NCBI GenBank assembly: GCA_039621445.1
Contig: CP154954.1
Coordinates: 41,781,572 to 41,845,571, forward strand
Length of the DNA: 64,000 bases
DNA from: Euglena gracilis
Lineage: Eukaryota
Direction of reading: 5' to 3'
The notes beneath the pieces were generated by a model. That model ran no database searches, was not told the DNA's origin, and was given only the letters and a program-made list of their open reading frames with translations. The translations under genes and the position numbers were made by a program. This document shows, one piece after another, positions 35,901-48,820 of this stretch (its first letter is position 1; every line of letters begins with the position of its first letter).

Positions 35901-37113
35901 TTCTGTTTTTGGAAAACCGTCCGTCGTGAGGTCTGACAACGACGTGCGATTCAGACAGCCCAGTGGTTTTTACCAGACAGCCCTGAAAGCTCTCGACGTG
36001 AAATTATCGTTTTCTCTGCCCCGGAACCCCCGATCAAACGGTTTGGTTGAAAATGTCAATAAAATGTTCTTGCAGAATATGCGAGCATTGAGTCTGTCTT
36101 CCAAGGACAAAAATTGGGTGCAGCTGATTCCGTATTGCACATTTTTGATGAATTCGCAGATTTCCCCCACAACAATGTTGTGTCCCATGAAATGTTTTTG
36201 GGCAGGCCAGCTTGGAGGTTGGAATTACCCCCAGAACCGGTGACAAATCCAGAAACCCATTCTTGGCTTTTGACCCAGATGGAAATTCAAGAAAGAGCTT
36301 CCCAGAGATTGAAAGAATTGAGGAAAAAAGATTTTGAGAGTGCCAACAAAGGGAGGGTGCCAGCAAAAATTGAAGAAGATGACTATGTTTTGGTGCACAA
36401 CAAAAGATGGCCAAACAAATCATGGCCCAAGCTTTCCCCCCCCTGGCAAGGACCTTTTCGGGTTCTCAAATCGAGGTTCAATTCAGTGCAAATTGCAATC
36501 AGTCCATCTTTGGAAGGGGTCATTGATGTCTCTTTGGGTTTGTGCAAAAAGTGGGAGGTTGCTTTGCATGAAGAAAGCCTTCTGGAAGAAGACCCAGACC
36601 TTTTGACCGGTGAAGTGGTTGTGGGAGACCCAGTGGAGGGTGACACCCCCATGCCAGACCAGGGAGGGGATCCCCCCCTTCCGATGTCAGAAGAAGAACA
36701 AGCACAATTGGGTTTTTACAATGTTTACAAGATTTTGAAGCACAAGTACCAAGGGGGATGGAAATTTTTGGTTTGGTGGGAGAATTTTCCGGCAAGCAGC
36801 AGTACATACATGTGAGCCTGTGGCTTCCTTTGTCCAACCAGGAGGCAGAATGAATGAGATTTTCAAGAATTATTGTGTGGATCACAATTTACAATCGATC
36901 CTACGCCAGGCGCTCAGAATGTTTTGCGACGTTTCAGAATGTGAATGGGGGTTGGCATCGCAAGAGACAGCCTGGCCTCCCCCCAAATGTTTTGATCGTG
37001 CTTTCAGTCACGCGGGAGGAAAGTCAAGCCCCCCAGGGGGCCTTTTGGATGGTTTTTCGGGTCAGGAGACACCAACCCGCCTCGCCATGGGTGGATTGTT
37101 GTCTAACCTTTGA
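32970..37113 (+). pseudogene. E2 pol continuation: rest of MTase domain, RT, RNase H, integrase, chromodomain; three frameshifts
   Basis: Same frame as gag after the TAG. RT: LDMRSGYWQ, MMFGLSNAP, FFDD (34371). RNase H: VTDSS, MTDN, CDFLSR. Integrase: HHCC, LDFV/SDND/GLVE, WQGPF. Chromodomain: FLVWWENF. Frameshifts near 35685 (+A), 36186 (-C) and 36808 (+acat). Confidence 0.9.
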
Positions 37114-37403
37114 AGGCTTTCAGTCACAAACCTGCCATTGATGCGAGGAGTTTCGCCCAGGTTTGTGTTACCTTTGAATGGCAAGCCAACCACGAAGTGA
37201 AGGGACCACGGTGAACGTCGGAAGTAACCTCTTTTACCTTCCTTTGTGTTGACATTTGTCGTTCTGAACCTTTTTTTTGTGTGGACAATTCGTGTTGAAC
37301 ACCATACATTCGTGCTTGAACCATAGTAAAGCCATTTTGTTTGTGGTGTTATGCCGTTTCGTCCTGTGCCTGTGGCGCCGCGTCCTCCGGCATGGGGGGC
37401 GTG

Positions 37404-37595
37404 TGCGGACTATTTACTAACCGCCTGAAACCGAATTTTGTATTCCTAATTCGAACCTTTCCTCCTGTGCAGACTGCTGGCTCTGGTTATGTCTTTACAT
37501 TGATTGTGTTACGTCTTTGGGGACAATTGGGATATCAAGAAAAATTGGGAATTCGAGGATTTCAATAAAAACAAAAGAATATTCTGAGACGTCCA
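37404..37595 (+). repeat. E2 3' LTR (192 bp)
   Basis: tgcggac...gacgtcca, contains aataaa, followed by TSD ctacc. Confidence 0.92.
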
Positions 37596-37600
37596 CTACC

Positions 37601-40540
37601 CAGTCCCGAACCCATCCTTCGGGGACTGTCTGCTTGGTTACACTCGCTCTTTCCGCGAGGAACCACTGCAGCTTCTCCCAGAATTTCCTGGGCAGAGTGG
37701 CTGGCCAGATGAATTAGTTCATCCGTGGGTGGTTGGCTGACACCTGCGGGGCATTCCCCGGGTGGGGGTCAATGGGCATGTGATGCGCACATTCCGCGCG
37801 GACTGTATGGGGTCGTAATACGGCCCCAAGCCAGTCTTTCCAGGTCAACCCGTGGTTTTCCGGTGGCCATTGTGGCAGGCACCAGCGACCGTTTTGGTCC
37901 TGGGTTTTGAAAAGACGGAAAAGTGTCCTTTCCCTGTCCGCAGTCTCCCAGAGGTAAGGTAATCTTACCCCTGCTTCCTCAGCAGCGAGGCGTATCGCCC
38001 CGCTGTCGATCTGCCAGCCACGGGCCGTTCCCCTGTGGCGGTAGTCGTCCAGCTTGAGGTTGGAGTACTTAAAAAATTCCTTGTACATTTTGTGAAAGGT
38101 GGAGTTTTCCTCCAGTGGCTTCTGGGCACTTGGCACGGTTGTGCGAACTGCGTCTTCCGCAGTTTGCCAGAAGGTACCTCGAAGGCAGTTGACACAGAGT
38201 AGTGGTACATTCGTATCATCTCGCTCCGTGTGGTGAAAATTGTGCTTGTGGGTCCAACTGTCCACGCACTTGGCGCATACCAAGGCGGCACAGTTGGGTA
38301 CGTATACATCCTTGTGGAACGTTTTCCGATCCACAGGATTGCACACGTGGACGAGGGGTAATCCCAAGTCAGGTGCACTGTTGTACATCTTGTGGCAGAC
38401 AGTGCAAAGCCGCACAAAACGGTCTTCCGTCGTTCTGTCGACGAGGAATTCCTCGCCGAAGTATTGGGCCAAAACGCGTGGGGATCTGGAATTGTAATAA
38501 TTCCAGGACACGTTCTGATCAAAGGACCATTTTCAGCCTTGACAGAACAGTGGCTCAATCCATCGATTGAGACATTGATTTGTCCTCAGTTTGTGGTCGA
38601 TCATCATGTACCTGTTTTTCAGGTCATGAGTCTCAGGATCATCCTGAGTGATCGCGTTCCAGTCGATGATGACTTCGTCTTCCGAAGGTGTCTCAGCTGT
38701 GGAGGCGCTGGATTTTCCCTGCCCCTTGGGCTGAGGTTTCGGTTGTGAGGGTTTCCCATAGCCGGATGACGTGACGTGTGTGAATCCTGGTACCGAGGTT
38801 GCAGCCAGCCAGCAGCTCAAATCCAGCCAGCAGCCCAAATTCGGGCTGGGAGCCCCCCCCCCTGGGGTGGACTGAAATAAAGTCGGGTCCAGCCCGGCCG
38901 GAGGCCGGGCCAGCCGGCCGCAGGCTGGCCAGCCAACTGGGCTGCCCTGCTCACCTATCCGCATGGACGTCAGCTCGGCCTGTTTTTCAGGCGCCGGTGT
39001 CCGTGTGCCTTGACGCTTCTGTGCTGTGATTGTGGCTGTGCCCTGAGGTGCGGGTTCATCCCGTGCATCTGGTGGCACTGCCGGTGCTGGTACAGGTTCA
39101 TCCAGTACTGGCACGGTGGGTGTTGTCTCCACTGTCATTGCTGTATGTTTGCCCTCCGTCCGTGTCGCTTCCGACACTGGCGGTGGCGCCGCCGTTGGGG
39201 GAGGTTCATGCTCCACCATGGCTGCAGTGTCAGGTGTCTCTTCCGCCGGCTGGGCAGTTTCCGCCGCAGCTGTGGAAGAACTGGCCGCAGGGCCACGTGG
39301 AGTGACAACTGCGATCGGTGACCGCAAACCACCAAGTACGCGTCCGCCCAGCGAGGTGCGCCGCTCAGGTCCTTCACCTGCAGTGGGCTCCTCCGCTGGC
39401 TCCTCTGTCGACGGGGTTTTCCCCGGAAACAGGGAGCTTGTGGCGTAATACCTCAGGCGTGTGGGGTACTGTCTCCGGCGGGTTTTCCCGCGGAGGAGTT
39501 GGTACACCTGTCGTACTCGGTGAGGTAGGTGACAGTGGTACAGGTGTTATTTCACCTGCTGGCGCTGAGCAGTTTCTGCCACAGTGTCCAGCATCACGAC
39601 AGATGGGCTACGGGTTTCCCGTGCCGGAGGTTCTGCTGGCTGAGGTTCATCCTCGGCCATGGGGACCGGTTCCTCCTCCTCCTCCTCCGCTTCCGGAGGG
39701 GATTCCTCTGTGTGTAGCTGTGCTGCAGAACGCGGACCTTTTCAGCTCCTGTAGCACCCTTGTGCGTCTGACAGGCGGTAAAAGCTTATACTTGTATTCC
39801 TGTCAGAGTCGGGGTATGGGGGCGGCCATGACGCTCTTACCCAGCTTCCGGGTAGAGGTTCTGGCTCGTCCTCGCTGATCATGCAGAGATCTTCCAACTG
39901 CATTCGACGGTTCCACCTCATGCCGTATTATCCTGTGTCTTCCAGGAAAGCGGGCAGCGGCAACGCATAACGTGGCTGTTTTTCCACGTTTGCCGCGAAA
40001 AAAGCTTGGAAGTCCTCCCAGATCAGGATATTCCCGAACTGGGTGTCGAGGTGCTCCCGTAGACCGATTTCGGCCTCCTGCCAGTCCGGTTGCATGTTCA
40101 TCCTGCGTCGGTCTGGGTCATTTGGCCTGGCGTCTTCCTCGGTGTATCCCCGAGGTAACCACTTTCTGTGAATATTCACATCAGCGGTCATGTATTCCAG
40201 GAAATAGGTATAAACCTCCAGGACGTAGGTAATCCACGCCCTGTGCCAGTATTGTTGCAGCATAAATATTTTCTGCCGGTGTTGTTCAGCAACTTTCAGT
40301 CTTGCGTTCCGATCTGGGGGTTCCGGCACTGATGCAGGATAACTCTCCTGGTCGGCTGGCTGCCGGCATTCTCGGCAGTCGGAGGTGGTTATCCGCGTTC
40401 TCCAAAACCCCAGAAGTCAACGATGTGTACTTCTTTGCAAAACTGGCATTCCAGTTTGTACCGCTGGGGGTAGGCGAGGTCGACGTCCAGGACCTTGAAC
40501 AGCGTGCCATACATGCTGTCCAAGTGCATTTGTAGATTGC
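37601..40540 (-). pseudogene. Main block of E1's additional 3' ORF (unknown function; P/T/A-rich linker, Cys-rich domain)
   Basis: ORF pieces 39928-40329, 38533-39507 and 37714-38511; CxxC pairs in this block (CQFC, CTVC, CAKC, CVNC). Confidence 0.55.
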
Positions 40541-40541
40541 A

Positions 40542-43500
40542 GGATTATCGATGTGACCTGATTTCCGGACCCGAGAAGTTAATAGCCTATAGGTTAGGAG
40601 AGGATCCCTAGTTTCTCCAGAGCCCTCACTTTGCCCGCAACTCCCCGCCAGTCCGGAGATATGGCTTGAGCAAAAAAGTTGTCTACCGTTTTTTTCCAAA
40701 GAAATTTTGTTGGACCGGCAAAAGGGCCATTTTTGGGGTCAAAAAATGGAAAAATTTAAAATATGTTGAAAACGCTGGGGAGTTGAGAAAAAGTAAAGAG
40801 TACCTCATTCCATAACTTTGGGACGCCCTATTCACCGATATGCGCGGTTTGGGCCAACTCCCCGCCTGGGCCGAGATATGGCCATTTTGTGGTTTTGCCA
40901 AGGGGGGACTCTGCCATTTGGAGCCCAAAACGGGCCAAAAAACCAGTTTTTGCAAAATATCTCAAAAAAGGTGCGGAGTTGAAAAAAATGTCCGGGGACC
41001 TAAATTGAAGCCCTTGGAACGCCCTATCTACTGGTGTATTGATTTCCCCGCAACTCCCCGCCTGGCCCGAGATACGGCCGTTTTTTTTCGGTCCAAATGG
41101 CCGTTTTGTACACTTTTCCCACTGTCGACTCAGCCGTTTTAGGCCAAAAAAGTCGAAAAAAATCGAAAAGAAATTTTTCGCCCAAAACCATGTTTTTTGG
41201 CCTCCCGGACACGGAAAAAGTGTTTTTGAGCGTTTTTCGACCCGCCAGCGCCCCGTTTTGGTTCGCCAACCTGTTGACTTTGGGTCAAAACCGGGTCAAA
41301 AAAGTCGAAAAAAATCGAATTTTTTTTTTGCCCGAAACCATGTTTTTTGGGCCTCCCGGACCCGGAAAAACTGTGTTTGAGCCGAAAATGAGCGTTTTTC
41401 GACCCGCCAGTGTCCCGTTTTGGGCCGCCAACCCGTTGACTTTGGGTCAAAACCGGGTCAAAAAAGTCGAAAAAATCGAAAAATTTCTGTTTCCCAAAAT
41501 GATGTTTTTTGGCCGGAAAAACTGTTTTTGAGCCGAAAATGAGCGTTTTTCGCGGGCCGGGCCGGGGTCTCCCAAAGAGCTCAGCTCTACGTCACACCCT
41601 GGTCGCTGAGCTCTTATCTCTTTAGAGTAAGAGCGAAGCTTACCACCCCGGTTTGGGACCCCCCCTGACCGCCCCGCCCCCCCCCCCCCCCCCCCCCTGG
41701 GTAGGCAGGGAGTCCAGCGGATTATCGATATGACCAAATTTCCGGGTCCCCAAAATGAATATCCTATAGGTTAGGAGACGGTCCCAGGTCGCTCAAGCAC
41801 CCCCGCAATAGCCCCAACTCCCCGCCAGTTCGGAGATCGGGCCCGAGCAAAAAAGTTGCGTTCCGTTGTTTTTTTCCGGGGAAATTGCGGGTTTTTGGGG
41901 GGTCCAAAAATCGAAAAATTAAAAATATCTCGAAAACGCTGCGGAGTTGAGGAAAAGTGATGGCGACCTCATTTGACGACCTTGCAACGCCCTATCGATC
42001 GGTATGCGCGGTCTGGGACAACTCCCCGCCTAGCCCGAGATACGGCCGTTTTGCGGCTTTTGGGCCAGTTTGGCCAGTTTTGGCCAGTTCGGGGCCGAAA
42101 CCGTAAATTGGCCGTATCTCGAGCTAGACGAGGAGTTGGGACCCAAACCAGGGGGTCAATCATTAGGTTTAGGGGGGGGGTTTTGACCGTTTTTGGGGGT
42201 TCCCGGGGCCTGGTTGTGCGACTTTGGGCCAGTTTTGGGTATTCGGGGACCCCACCAGGCCCCGTCAGGGCGGCTGGGCGAGGGGGTCGGGTGGCAGGTC
42301 GGGACCCAAATTTTGAAAACATTTTTTTCGCTCAAAAACACTTTTTTTCACTTCAGAACATCAAAAAAAGTGTTTTTGAGCGAAAAAAATTTTTCCGACC
42401 CGGCCCCCCCCCCCCCACATGCCCCCCCTGGCTGGGGCCCGCCCCCTGGCCGGTGGACTTAGCCATTTTTGGGTCAAAAAGTCGAAAAAAATTGAAAAAG
42501 TTTTTTTTGCCCAAAACCATGATTTTTGACCTCCCGGACACGAAAAAATCGTTTTCGAGCCAAAAATGAGCGTTCTTCGACCCGCCGGCGCCCCGTTTTG
42601 GGCCGCCAACCCATTGACTTTGGACCAAAATCGGGTAAAAAAAGTCCAAAAAAATTGAAAATTTTTTTCCCCCCAAAACGATGTTTTTTGGCCTCCCGGA
42701 CCCGGAAAGCCTGTGTTTGAGCCAAAAATGAGCGTTTTTTGACCCGCCAGCGCCCCGTTTTGGGCCACAAACCCATGACTTTGGGTCAAAACCGGTCAAA
42801 AAAGTCGAAAAAAATAGAAAATTTTTTTTGGCCCCAAAATGATGTTTTTTGGCCTCCCTGACCCAGAAAAACTGTTTTTGAGCCGAAAATGAGCGTTTTT
42901 CGCGGGCCGGGCCGGGGTGGTCTCCCAAAGAGCTCAGCTCTACGTCACACCCTGGGTCGCTGAGCTCTTATCCCTTTAGAGTAAGAGCGAAGCTTACCAC
43001 CCCCCCCAGACCCCCCCTGACCGCCCCCCGCCCCCCGCCCCCCCGCCCCCCCCCCCTTGAGTAGGCCCGGGCACCCGCGGATTATCGATGTGACCTGATT
43101 TCCGGACCCGAAAAGTGAATAGCCTATAGGTTAGGAGAGGATCCCTAGTTTCTCCAGAGCCCGCACTTTGCCCCCAACTCCCCGCCGGTCCGGGGATCTG
43201 GCCTGAGCAAAAAAGTTGTCTACCTTTTTTTTTTTTCAAAGAACTTTTGTTGGACCTGCAACAGGGCCATTTTTGGGGTAAAAAAAAATCGAAAAATTTA
43301 AAATATCTCGAAAACGCTGGGGAGTTGAGAAAAAGTAAAGAGGACCGCATTTCACAACTTTGGGACGCCCTACCCACCGGTATGCGCGGTTTGGGCCAAC
43401 TCCCCGCCTGGGCCGAGATATGGCCGTTTTGTGGTTTTGCCAAGGGGGGACTCTGCCATTTGGAGCCCAAAACGGGCCAAAAAACCAGTTTTTGCAAAAT

Positions 43501-44163
43501 ATCTCACAAAAGGTGCGGAGTTGAAAAAAATTTCTGGGGACCTAAATTGAAGCCCTTGGAACGCCCTATCTACTGGTGTATAGATTTCACCACAACTCCA
43601 CGCCCAGCCCGAGATACGGGCGTTTTTCGGTCCAAATGGCCGTTTTGTACACTTTTCCCACTGTTCGACTCAGCCGTTTTCGGCCAAAAAAGTCGAGAAA
43701 AATCGTAAAAAATTTCTTCGCCGCAAACCATGTTTTTTGGCCTCCCGGACCCGGAAAAAGTGTTTTTGAGCCGAAAATGAGCGTTTTTCGACCCGCCAGA
43801 GTCCCGTTTTGGGCCGCCAACCCATTGACTTCGGGTCAAAACCGGGTCAAAAAAGTCGAAAAAAATCGAAAAAAATTTTTCGCCCAAAACCATGTGTTTT
43901 GACCTGTCAGACAGATCAAAAGTGTTTTTGAGCCAAAAAAGAGCGTTTTTTAACCGCCAGCGCCCCGTTTTTTGGCCGCCAACCCATTGTTTTTGGTTAA
44001 AACCGGGCCAAAAAAGTCGAAAAAACTCGAAAAAAATTTTGCCCCAAAACGATGATTTCTGGCCTCCCTGTCCCGGAAAAAATGTTTTTGAGCCGAAAAT
44101 GAGCTTTTCCCCGGGCCGGGCCAGGGTGGTCTTCCAAGGAGCTCAGCTCTACGTCACACCCTG
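40542..44163. repeat. Tandem array of three ~1.1-1.36 kb units inserted in E1
   Basis: Anchor ggattatcgat at 40542, 41719 and 43079; gagctcagctctacgtcacaccctg three times; internal A/T-tract subrepeats. Confidence 0.85.
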
Positions 44164-44454
44164 GTTGAGGTGGATACACGTACTGGCACTGGTGCGTCCT
44201 GGGGATAATCCCCAGAGACGGTGTACTGAGACAATTGCTCCTGCGCGGGATAATCCCACCGTGGCATGCGCTCAGGGGACCGAAAATTACTTTCTTTCAC
44301 ACGTGGGTGTTCACTCCGAACAGGTGCTTCCCCTGTCTCTTCCTCGGGTAATCCGCGGAGTGAGCACAAAAATGTGCAGTGCAAGTGCCAACTGGTGGTA
44401 CTTGCCGTGCTACCTGTGGCGGGACTTTCACGCCCAGGTCACGCATGGTAATGT

Positions 44455-44897
44455 TGTGTACCAGGCAGCCGTAAGGCCATGGTACTGTGTATGTAGGTAT
44501 AAGCCTACGGCCAGATATAGCTCTGAGCACCATACACAGTACTATGCTAGGTGGTATTCCTAAAGATGGCCAACGGCCTGAATTAGGAATACCTAACCCT
44601 TATTCTGGTTCTCCTCTCCATAGGTGGTATTCGTATTCTTATTCTTTTGTTTTCGTGTTTCATTAGCCCAAAAGGGCACATCAAGATTTGAAGATTTGAA
44701 CTCCGAGTGGAGTACACTTGTGGAACTAGTTTCCCAAGAAACCTTCTGGTTTGCCTTGTGCTCTGCATAAGCCCAAAGGCAATAAAAACTAATAGTTAAG
44801 TGAAAGACTTTCTTTTTGTTACTCTCCTGGTTCTGTTCCCACGGGAGGGTGTAAGTAGGCCGACAGGTAGTGGGAATAGAGTCAGGGGACGTACACT
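44455..44897 (+). repeat. E3 5' LTR
   Basis: tgtgtacc...gtacact; direct repeat of 54911-55353. Confidence 0.92.
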
Positions 44898-45141
44898 TGG
44901 TAGCAGATTCGGTTTCTTTCCTACGCCCCTTCTCCCCCTCTTCTTACCAGGTGACTTCAAACAGTGAGTGGTGCTGAGCCTATTGGCTACAAAGCATCCA
45001 CCAGCGGTTTGGAGCCAACTTCTAAGCACAGGTACAGGCTTCAGCAGGTTGTGGGCAGTATAGGCTGCCACATCCTTCTAAGATTGTTTCTTTGCTTACC
45101 TTTTGGGGTTACTTGTGCTTATTTCTGCAAAAAAATAAAAA

Positions 45142-48100
45142 TATGCAGATCTCAAACACCAACACATCAAAAGCTTTGATTAGTTCTTTGAGGAAGTTTG
45201 GTGAAGATTTGTCGCAGGAGTATATGCTCCAACCCAGGTGTGTGGCCCTATCTGGGGCAACTCCCAGCTCTCTTGAGCGTCCCCCCACCCAGTGGTTTCC
45301 AGCTCTATTGAGCACCCACCCGCCTCAGTTTTCAGCTCTATTGAGCATCCCCTTACCGTAATTTTCAGCTCTACCGAGCATTCCCCCACCCCGCTTTCCA
45401 GCTCTATCGAGCATTCCCCCCACAGCTCTGTCGAGCAACCCGCAACCCAAAGGGTGCCACACCTAACGGTGTCCTGCTCTATCGAGCATCCCCCCACAGT
45501 GGCCAGCTCTATCGAGCAATTACCTCCAACCCCCAGCTCTATAGAGCATTCCCCCACCGTTCCCAGCTCTATCGAGCATTCCAACGCCCAAAGGGTGCAA
45601 CACCTAACGGTATCAAGCTCCATTGAGCATTTCCCCACCCAGGAGTTTCTGCACCTAACGGTGTTTGATTTAGGCGATAACCCCGCTGCGCAATGGGTGC
45701 AACGCCTGTCGGCGTGTGGCTCTATCGAGCAACCCATCGTCCAGTGTGATTATCAGCCTTTGCTGCAAAGTCAGGCACCTTGTTGTACTTCCCTGCATCA
45801 GGATGTCTCAACGGTGCCTACAGGCACAATTGACAAACAACCCAGCGATGTGGTGCACCGCATGCTGGCATGTCCCCCAAAGGAGGTCACACCCGCACAA
45901 AACTCTCAGAGACTGAGCGAAAAGTTGTGTGAGATGCAATCCAGCAATGATGCGGCATTTTTGCACATGCAACATAGTTTGCAAAATTTGTTTACAAAAG
46001 TGGAGCCAATAACGGCACTTTTTGAGCACAAAAGTCCTGATATGGGAGCTTTTGTTACCTTGAAGCAGTTCGATACCCTAGCTGCTGCATTCCAGGAAGC
46101 GCATCAGTGCAATATGCAACTGAGCCGTGAATCAGCACATTTTAACCATATGCACACCAAACCTGGTGAAGGTTTCGCTTCCAGCATTTATGTGCAGCAA
46201 TTGGAGAAAAGACTTTCCCGGTTGGAGCTAAAATCATGCAGGTGTGGTGAATATTCTGCTGAAATAACAAGTTTTTACGCCCATATCGCGAATATCGCAA
46301 GCAGGCAGGATGCTTCTCACCAACGGTGGCAGAATAACATTGTTGACATCCAAACCGCAATTGCGGAGTTGCAGAACCGCAATGCGGTACCATGTTCACA
46401 TAATTTTGAATTTCAACGATTTTCCACAGTATGCGTGATGAAAATCACCAAGTCAGGAAAAATTTTTGTGACGGTCCGATACGGACCGAGGAAACAGTGC
46501 ATCAGCAAGTCAAAAACTTGCAAAAAGATTTCTCAGCGCTATCCGCGCAAGTTTCGGTGTTTTTGGAACAGCCAATGGCTGAAAATGTGCGGAATCCGCA
46601 AAATACCCCTCCTTCCAAACCATCTCCACAACTGGAGTCTATTTCCGAAGCTGTGCACACTCTAGCTGTGCGACTACGGGAATTGGAAAGTGGTTTTGGA
46701 AAATTCTCGCAAGATTTCCGTTCTTTTTCTGACAAAATCCCTCTTCTGGACGTTATGTCCAAACACCGCAGGTGTATTAAGCGTTTGCAGGAAGAAATTG
46801 GTGCAATCACCGATCATCTGAAAATTCTCGAAATTTGGAGAAAATTTTTCGTGACCTTACAGAAAATTTGGATCAAGTACACGCACAATTGCGTTTTTTA
46901 CAACAAAAACCCGATATGGGTGTTGTAGGCACACTTGCCGCAGATTCCAGCTCCAAAAGCGCTAAAAGCGCACCTGTGGCAGAGCCTATTGGCACATTGC
47001 CACACAATTACAGTTCTGCTCATGCAGTCGTCCCTCCCCCAGCGGTACCAGTCCCAATGGACCATTCTTTGGATGATGGGGTTGGTTTTCAAGAGAAAGA
47101 CAAGCGAAACCCTCAAAGAAATCGAAAAATTTGGGAATATGAACTTTGTCGCGATATGAGCCGCACTCCCGCACATGGTATTGATCCTGAGATGCATCAG
47201 CATCACCATTCGCGCATTCGCCATTCACCAAGTTTGCAAGGTACCTATGGTACACCAAGTGGAATATTGAATGCGCATTCGCAAAATACACCCAAAAGTA
47301 CACTTGGTGCAACCACCGAGGTACCCGCGCATGATGCGGTTTTGCGCCCAGGCCCATCCTCCTTGAATACCACCGAAGGGCCATGGGAGTCTCAGAAAGA
47401 TATCAAAGGAATCATCGCTATCGCTAAAAAGGTGAAGCCCCAATGGGATGGTGACCCCACAACGTGGAAACAGTTTTGGCGTGATTGGGAATATTATTGG
47501 GATCTGAAAGGACCAACCCATAACCAAAACCCAGAGGTAATCAAAATGGAATTCATAGATAGTCTACCAAAAGATGAAAATGAACGCGCCATACAATTGG
47601 TCATTCGCGGGCGCATTTCTTTCCAGGATTTGGTTGAGCAACATGCTTCATCATGTTCCAGTTTGGTTACCAGATTAACTCTGGAGAAAAAACGGCAATA
47701 TGCCCCCCATGACCGAAAATGGAGGTCGATAGACCTATGGTACTCAAAATGGCTTTCTTTGGCAGCTGAAGTAGACGAGGTAGGTGAAAACAAAATCAAA
47801 GAGCAATTTGACGCAGTATTAATGCACTTTATACCCAAACTCATCAAAGATATTCACCGCGAGGAACTCGCCGGACATATTTTGACGCTCGATGAGCGGT
47901 GGAACTATGTTTCCAAACAGTTGAAGCTATCACAGCTTCTAGGACAAATCCAGTCGGCTTATACGAGCCACCCCACAGCAAGAATATCCGCTATACAAGT
48001 CAGTTCTGTGAAAAAAGTGTCACGCTTATCACATACCGCTATAGCGGAATCCAAATTGCGCAATTCGCGCTCTTCAGAAGAATTTTCGGACAAATTTTGC

Positions 48101-48610
48101 TTTTTGTGTAACAAAAAGGGTCATATGTCTTGCCATTGTCCAAATCCCGCAGCGAGAAAGCGCAACACAAGCCCAAGAGGATCAGCCTCATCATGCAGTT
48201 CTCGTTTTTCACAAAATGCGCATTCGCAAAATTCAAAATACCGATCACGATCAACGTGTTCACTGTGCGGATCCACCAACCACCACCCCTCACCCAAATG
48301 TCGCTATGCGACTCCTCCCCACTCAAGCCATAGCCATCGCGGTATGACTCGCAGTTTAAAAGATCATACTTCAGCCAAAATGCATAAGGTAGGTCAACGA
48401 ACAACCTCTATTGAGGATTATCACCCGGCTTCGGGCAGGGAGGGGGATGATACCCCACGTAACCAAAGGGATCATCCCTGCTTTAGCGCTCATAAATTCA
48501 GAGACGTATATGCGTCAAGAAAGTCAATGGCTGATATGGCCACTGCTTCGGATTTTGATTTTGTCGGATTTTGTCCCCGCTCAAAATTCTGCCACATTTT
48601 TGACATATAG
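45142..48610 (+). pseudogene. E3 long gag-like ORF, frameshifted, with N-terminal SSIEH repeats
   Basis: Overlapping ORFs 45292-46665, 46431-46928 and 46835-48610; PQWDGDPTTWKQFW gag-like motif; CFLCNKKGHMSCHC zinc knuckle. Confidence 0.7.
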
Positions 48611-48820
48611 ATAGTTTTTGTTTTTAACGGTTGTTGATGCACTAGGGGATACCCCATGTGTGTCACTTGTGGTTGAATGGATTTACGCTCCAAGAATGCA
48701 CACAGCTCCGCAAACTTCTTTCCCCCCCAAATCTTCCACTACTCATCATTTTTACATACCGTTTTCGATGACAGCAATACCGTTTTCTACAACACCAACA
48801 CCGTTTTCAACTCAGGGGTA

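Larger units (their letters stand above)
30590..37595 (+). mobile_element. Full-length Ty3/gypsy LTR retrotransposon E2: gag-PR-MTase-RT-RH-IN-chromodomain
   Basis: TG...CA LTRs, 5-bp TSD CTACC (30585-30589, 37596-37600), PBS-like TGGTCGCAGAG at 30731, G-rich tract before the 3' LTR. Confidence 0.95.

Noticed and set aside
35670-36200. Programmed frameshifts in the E2 integrase
   Set aside because: Single-base changes in homopolymers within conserved domains; more likely decay or sequencing error.
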